Origin: Gekko japonicus
Taxonomy: Eukaryota
Length of the DNA stretch: 64,000 nucleotides
Assembly: GCF_001447785.1 (NCBI RefSeq)
Contig: NW_015164664.1
Location: forward strand, 2,186,739-2,250,738
Reading direction: 5' to 3'
Shown here: positions 59,601 to 64,000 of the stretch, one piece after another
Position numbering within the stretch: position 1 is the stretch's first letter
How the letters are laid out: every line of letters begins with the position of its first letter
Notes under the pieces: generated by a model
Database searches by the model: none
What the model saw: only the letters and a program-made list of their open reading frames with translations
Told to the model about the DNA's origin: nothing
Position numbers and translations under genes: made by a program

Positions 59601-61208
59601 GCAGCTTCTGCCCAGTAGTGTCTTCTGGCGGAGGGAGAGGAGGGAGCATGGGCCCACACAGTAGCCTTGAGCCGAGGCTACTCTTCTAGAAGCTCCCGCC
59701 CTGCAAATTCTCAAGTCACCCTGCTGTCCCCATACAGTCACAGAAAAGCTCTCCATGGCAGCTTCATGTTCTCAAAGCTAAAGTGAAGCTATAGGCTTTT
59801 GAATAAGAGTCCTGCAGATGACCCAGCCCACAACTACGAGAGATGACAGCGTTTTCTCTAATCAATGGAGCATCCGGTACAGTCTGTGCCAGCCTCAAGG
59901 TTCTTGGCAAGATCAAGGTTCTTGGTCCAGTGATTGATACTCATGTTCTGGTCCTTTTTTTAAAAAAATGGCTCTGTCACTTGACACTCCTGATGCAGAG
60001 AAACACTGCTGCGAAGAAGACTGCGGCACTGAACATGATGGAAAAGGAAGGTGTCACCTGGAAAGGCCAGAGATGTCCCTCCGCTGTGGCTACCCAAATC
60101 CCCAAAGAAGTTGGATGGGGACAGGCACCATCAGCTCCAAGCACAAAGCAACAGAGGATGGCATTAATCCCACATGGCACACAGTGCCTGTGGAGTCTGG
60201 GAGATCACTGCAGCAAATGCCCACCAATGAGCACCTGAAAGGAAAAACAAGCTTCAGCCAGGCAAGGGACTTTGCTTTGGAATAACAGGCAGGAAATCAG
60301 TAGAGACACTTCAGGCTAGAATGGAGGGGGAGCCACATCTTGTCAGTGGTGAGGGCTCTGATCCCTCTCATGTTTGCCCTGCCGCACGCAGCTCCCACTC
60401 AAGAAGAGGCCACCTTTTCTCTGCCTCTGCGCTTTCTACATTTCCGGACAGCTGTGACAATCAACCAATCAAGCAGTGGGTAAAAAACGATCTCACCGCA
60501 GGGCTCTGAGACACTAAGAGGAAAATCAGTCTGTAGGCAGCCAACAAGCATCCTAGAATGAAACTGGCCATTGCTGTGCCGTTCATATGCACATGATGGA
60601 GGGCACCTGGTTCTCTGCCACACAAAGGTGAGCAACGCGCACACACCTTCTCTTCTTCCCAAACAGCGTCCCTTAGCAGGCCTCTCAGTTGTGGAATTAG
60701 GACTCTGATTCTCGCTACATCATCAATGCATCTCTACAGAGCAACAATAAGCTGAAAAGAGTGGACTGGGGAAAAAGAATTTCCCAGGGATGGGATTAGT
60801 GGAGGTTTCGGAAGCACAGCCAAATTGCTTTGCTGAAGAACAGCTTCAGCCTCCTGCTGTGCCTCCCTGGGCTGTCCTCAGGATGTCTGGGGTACTCCTT
60901 TGGCTGTTCTTTTACATCAGGGATAATGCTTGGCCCCAGTCAGGATTGTTTTACACACTGCAAACAGATGCTGAGATAGCTACACTGTCTCTTTCATCCT
61001 CATTTCGAAAGAAAACAAAAAACAAAGAAGGGGGGTATTGTATTGCTGTGGAGGGGGTATATTGTATTACTTGTGTAAGATCAGAATTAGCATGAAGGAT
61101 AAATTTTGCTTTTATAATTCTTTAGATATAAACCAGTTTAATTAGTCTCTGCACTACACTCAGAATCACAGTAAGGAGAAGAGTTTAATGCTTCTTCTGG
61201 ATTTCTTA

Positions 61209-63083
61209 GGCCCATTACACATACACACACATCTTACTGCAGATTTCCAGAGCCATAAACCTTTAATATTGACTTTGGATTCTGTGCCCACCTTGCCCAC
61301 CATTCTTTTTTCTCCAGTGTATTTGTTCTGCAGCAACGATTTTTAGAAACATACTTTTCTAAATGTGGGGGGGTCCAAAGTTTTTTTTAAAAAAATAATG
61401 CAATTGCCCTATCACAACTGCACAGTAACATCCAACAAGTGCCTTCCATTTAAATCCTTGTGGTTCAGGTTTTGTGTGTGCATTTAGTCTTCCTTTGTTG
61501 AATGAATGGGAACAGAAAGAAAGGCAGGCAAAGGAGGAAAAGCCCATGTTGAAATTGACAAGACTTTTTTTTAAAACTGACAAGCAGGTGTGAAGCTCCA
61601 TATTCTCTGCTGTGTTATCAGCCACTGTGACAAATGGGAAAGGGTCACACAATCTCATAACATGGAGGGAACATGTTGAGTATACAGAATGCATGGTAGA
61701 ACCCACTGACACTGGCATTGCAAGCTGTAATCATTGGCTACAGCTTCACCACACTTTGCACAGATCTGCAGTATGTATGGGGGAGGAGTCCTCTGGCAGA
61801 AGCTCAGGGGAGCTTTTTTAGTCTTGTGCCACTAAATTGAAAAAAATGGGGTGTGTTTTCACTGATGCCCTAGCACAGCTGCATAGTAGCACTAATTCCC
61901 TGCCCTTCTTTGCAAATTTACATGGTTTTCTCTTTGTGGTCCTCTAATTTTTTTAATATAATTTTTATTAAGAAATAGAAGGTACAATTAACATTAAAAT
62001 GAACAACAAGCATAACACATAACACAAACAACAACAACAAACAAAGCTAAATCCATTAAGCAGTCCTTAAAAAGATGTAAATTATTCAGTTGCCATTACC
62101 GAGCTGAAATTAGCTAAAATATCAGGGTCTAAAGGTCCTTTATGCTTGAGTCTCCATTTCAGGAATGGGGACCATTTATTCATTGCATACGACTCATTGA
62201 CCTGCAACTCCTGCACACTGGTCGTGATCTTGGCAGTTTTTTAAAGCCTGTACTGTGTGGACTGCATTCTGTCCTCCAAATGGGTTGATCCCAAGCGATT
62301 CTTGTTTGGCAGTTTGCAGAAGTTCTATGTGGCTCAGCTGCCATTTTAATGTTAGGCATGTAGAGACAAAATGGCTTACCCCCCCCAAAAAAAAACAAAA
62401 CAACCTTTGTTCACTAATGTATTAAAGGGGAAAATGTTTTCAGAGCTTTAGGCTTCCCATCCCAGTGTCTTTCTGTCTTTGACAAACCCCCCCCCATTTT
62501 ATTTGCATGCTGCACTGAAATCCTCTCTCCCTCCCTCTGTCTCTCTCACTCTCTCTTTTGCACTGGGCACGCTGCCATTTGCCTCCTCTCCAATCCCCCT
62601 TACCAGTCAATACCAGTGGGGAACTAAATCTTGTGCAGCTCCTTTTAAACTTTCCCCCATTGTTTTGATTTTTTTTAATTCAGCGATCTAAGATTAGTGA
62701 TAGGTTTATATCGCTAGACACATGCCGCTTGTAAAAAAAAATGTTAAAATGAGAGGGAAATGGAGCTTGTATACCAATGAAGGGGGAAAGATGGCAGAAG
62801 GTGTGAAGTGGGCAGAATAAACTCAATGAGGGCAGGGGAGTTACCTTCAAGGGGTGGCAAAATGGGGCGGAATCCAAGGGAATCTGTACACTTTTGTATT
62901 ACCTTTGGCTTGGAAGTGAAACAAGGGAAAAATCAGCACAAAAGCACTCTCAGAAAACCTGGGGAAACAGCGACTAGAAAGTGAACTGAGTGTTGAAGGG
63001 AGGAAAATCAATGCAGAATGACAAAGAAAACCTGACGGACATGCACGGTGAAAGTGAGGGGAAACACCCATGCGTAATAGGCT
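61209..63083. mobile_element. Probable 1.9-kb non-autonomous Harbinger element
   Basis: TIRs ggcccattacacat / atgcgtaataggct with TTA on both sides. Confidence 0.5.
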
Positions 63084-63340
63084 TTAGACTGGCTATTTGT
63101 CCTCCAAGCCGAGGGAATTAGCAAAAGATATATCCATTATATGTAAATTAGTAATCCCCAGTGTGACTCCTGCCAGTTTGTTTCATCACAGCACCTACTT
63201 GCTTCTTGAATCTTGGGGATAACATCCAAAGAAAACAGGTAGCTTCACATCACTCCCTACCAGTGGGCTGACTATCAAAGTACTGAGCTCATGCCAAGCG
63301 GATGTGTCACAGTTATGAACCCTCAGCTTGGCCATAGACT

Positions 63341-63656
63341 GGCGCCCTGTTCATGTGAGGCATTTTGGGCCAGGAGTGGGCCGGATTGGAAGCGCAGCAA
63401 ATGGGCGCGATTCCACGTCAACATCTGGCTGGCGTTGCGCTCCCGTCTCTGATCCGGCCCTTCCCCCGATGAATCGCTTCAAAACTGAACCACCTACCTA
63501 GGTGGTTCATCCATTTGGTCGGTATCATCGCTGGCCGTGGGATCGGCGGCGCATCTTGCCGCTGGCGCATCCCCGGCCCCCAGCCGAACTCCGCATGCGT
63601 GCGGCTCTATTTAGCCGCGCTTTGCCGGGTGTTTTCCCTGCCGTGTGGCAGGGGCC
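63341..63656. mobile_element. GC-rich Harbinger-like MITE with a central hairpin
   Basis: Weak TIRs ggcgccctgttcatgtg / cgtgtggcaggggcc; central gaaccaccta-cc-taggtggttc; TSD not clear. Confidence 0.45.
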
Positions 63657-64000
63657 AAGGGCTGCCAAGTTCTCTCAGAACTACAGTTTATCTCCAGATG
63701 GCAGAGATGAACTTCCTGGTTGAAATGGCAGCTTTGGAAAGTGAACTCGATGACATCACATCCTCACAGAGCACCCTCCCCAGGGACTGCCCTCAGATCT
63801 CCAGGAATTTCCCAAGTCAGAGTTGGCAACCCTACCATAGACACAGACTTTCTTATGTCTCTGGGCTTGGTAATTTGTCCCTATGGTCCTGCTGGAAGCA
63901 GACTTTCCTTTTCTTTGGAAACCAAAACCAAACAACATCCAAAGAACAAGTCACAGCTTTCCTCCACCACCTTCATACAGCAGGGTTTTTTTAGAAGAGT

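Noticed and set aside
47230-64000. GABRG4 exon 4 (EYTIDIFFAQTW...) and miR-224/miR-452 hairpins
   Set aside because: Not found by eye. Exon 4 is presumably beyond the window or in a gap, and those miRNAs are known from mammalian GABRE.

Overview
Repeat-rich vertebrate genomic DNA from a squamate. The SINE, Penelope and hAT repertoire suggests a gecko (inference). It is a draft assembly with five N-gaps (10366-11126, 13571-13633, 31908-31990, 53042-53291, 58064-58923). The host gene is the GABA-A receptor gamma-4 subunit (GABRG4, the non-mammalian counterpart of GABRE) on the + strand. Its CpG-island promoter lies at ~31.8-33.0 kb, and coding exons 1-3 (32705-32760, 44884-45032, 47162-47229) splice in frame. 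Exon 4 is not in the window. The first ~31 kb is intergenic and packed with transposons: Sauria and other tRNA-SINEs, CR1, L1, L2, BovB, Penelope, hAT and Harbinger MITEs, and solo LTRs. The main surprise is in intron 3. A young, CpG-rich 731-bp solo LTR with a perfect CCATA TSD is followed by a gap-bounded 4.8-kb block. That block carries a second, slightly different copy of the LTR plus intact, in-frame exons 1-2 of the mitochondrial ribosomal protein gene MRPL19 on the opposite strand. It is either a repeat-induced mis-scaffold (more likely) or a genuine nested partial duplication. Family names come from recall of consensus features, not database searches.
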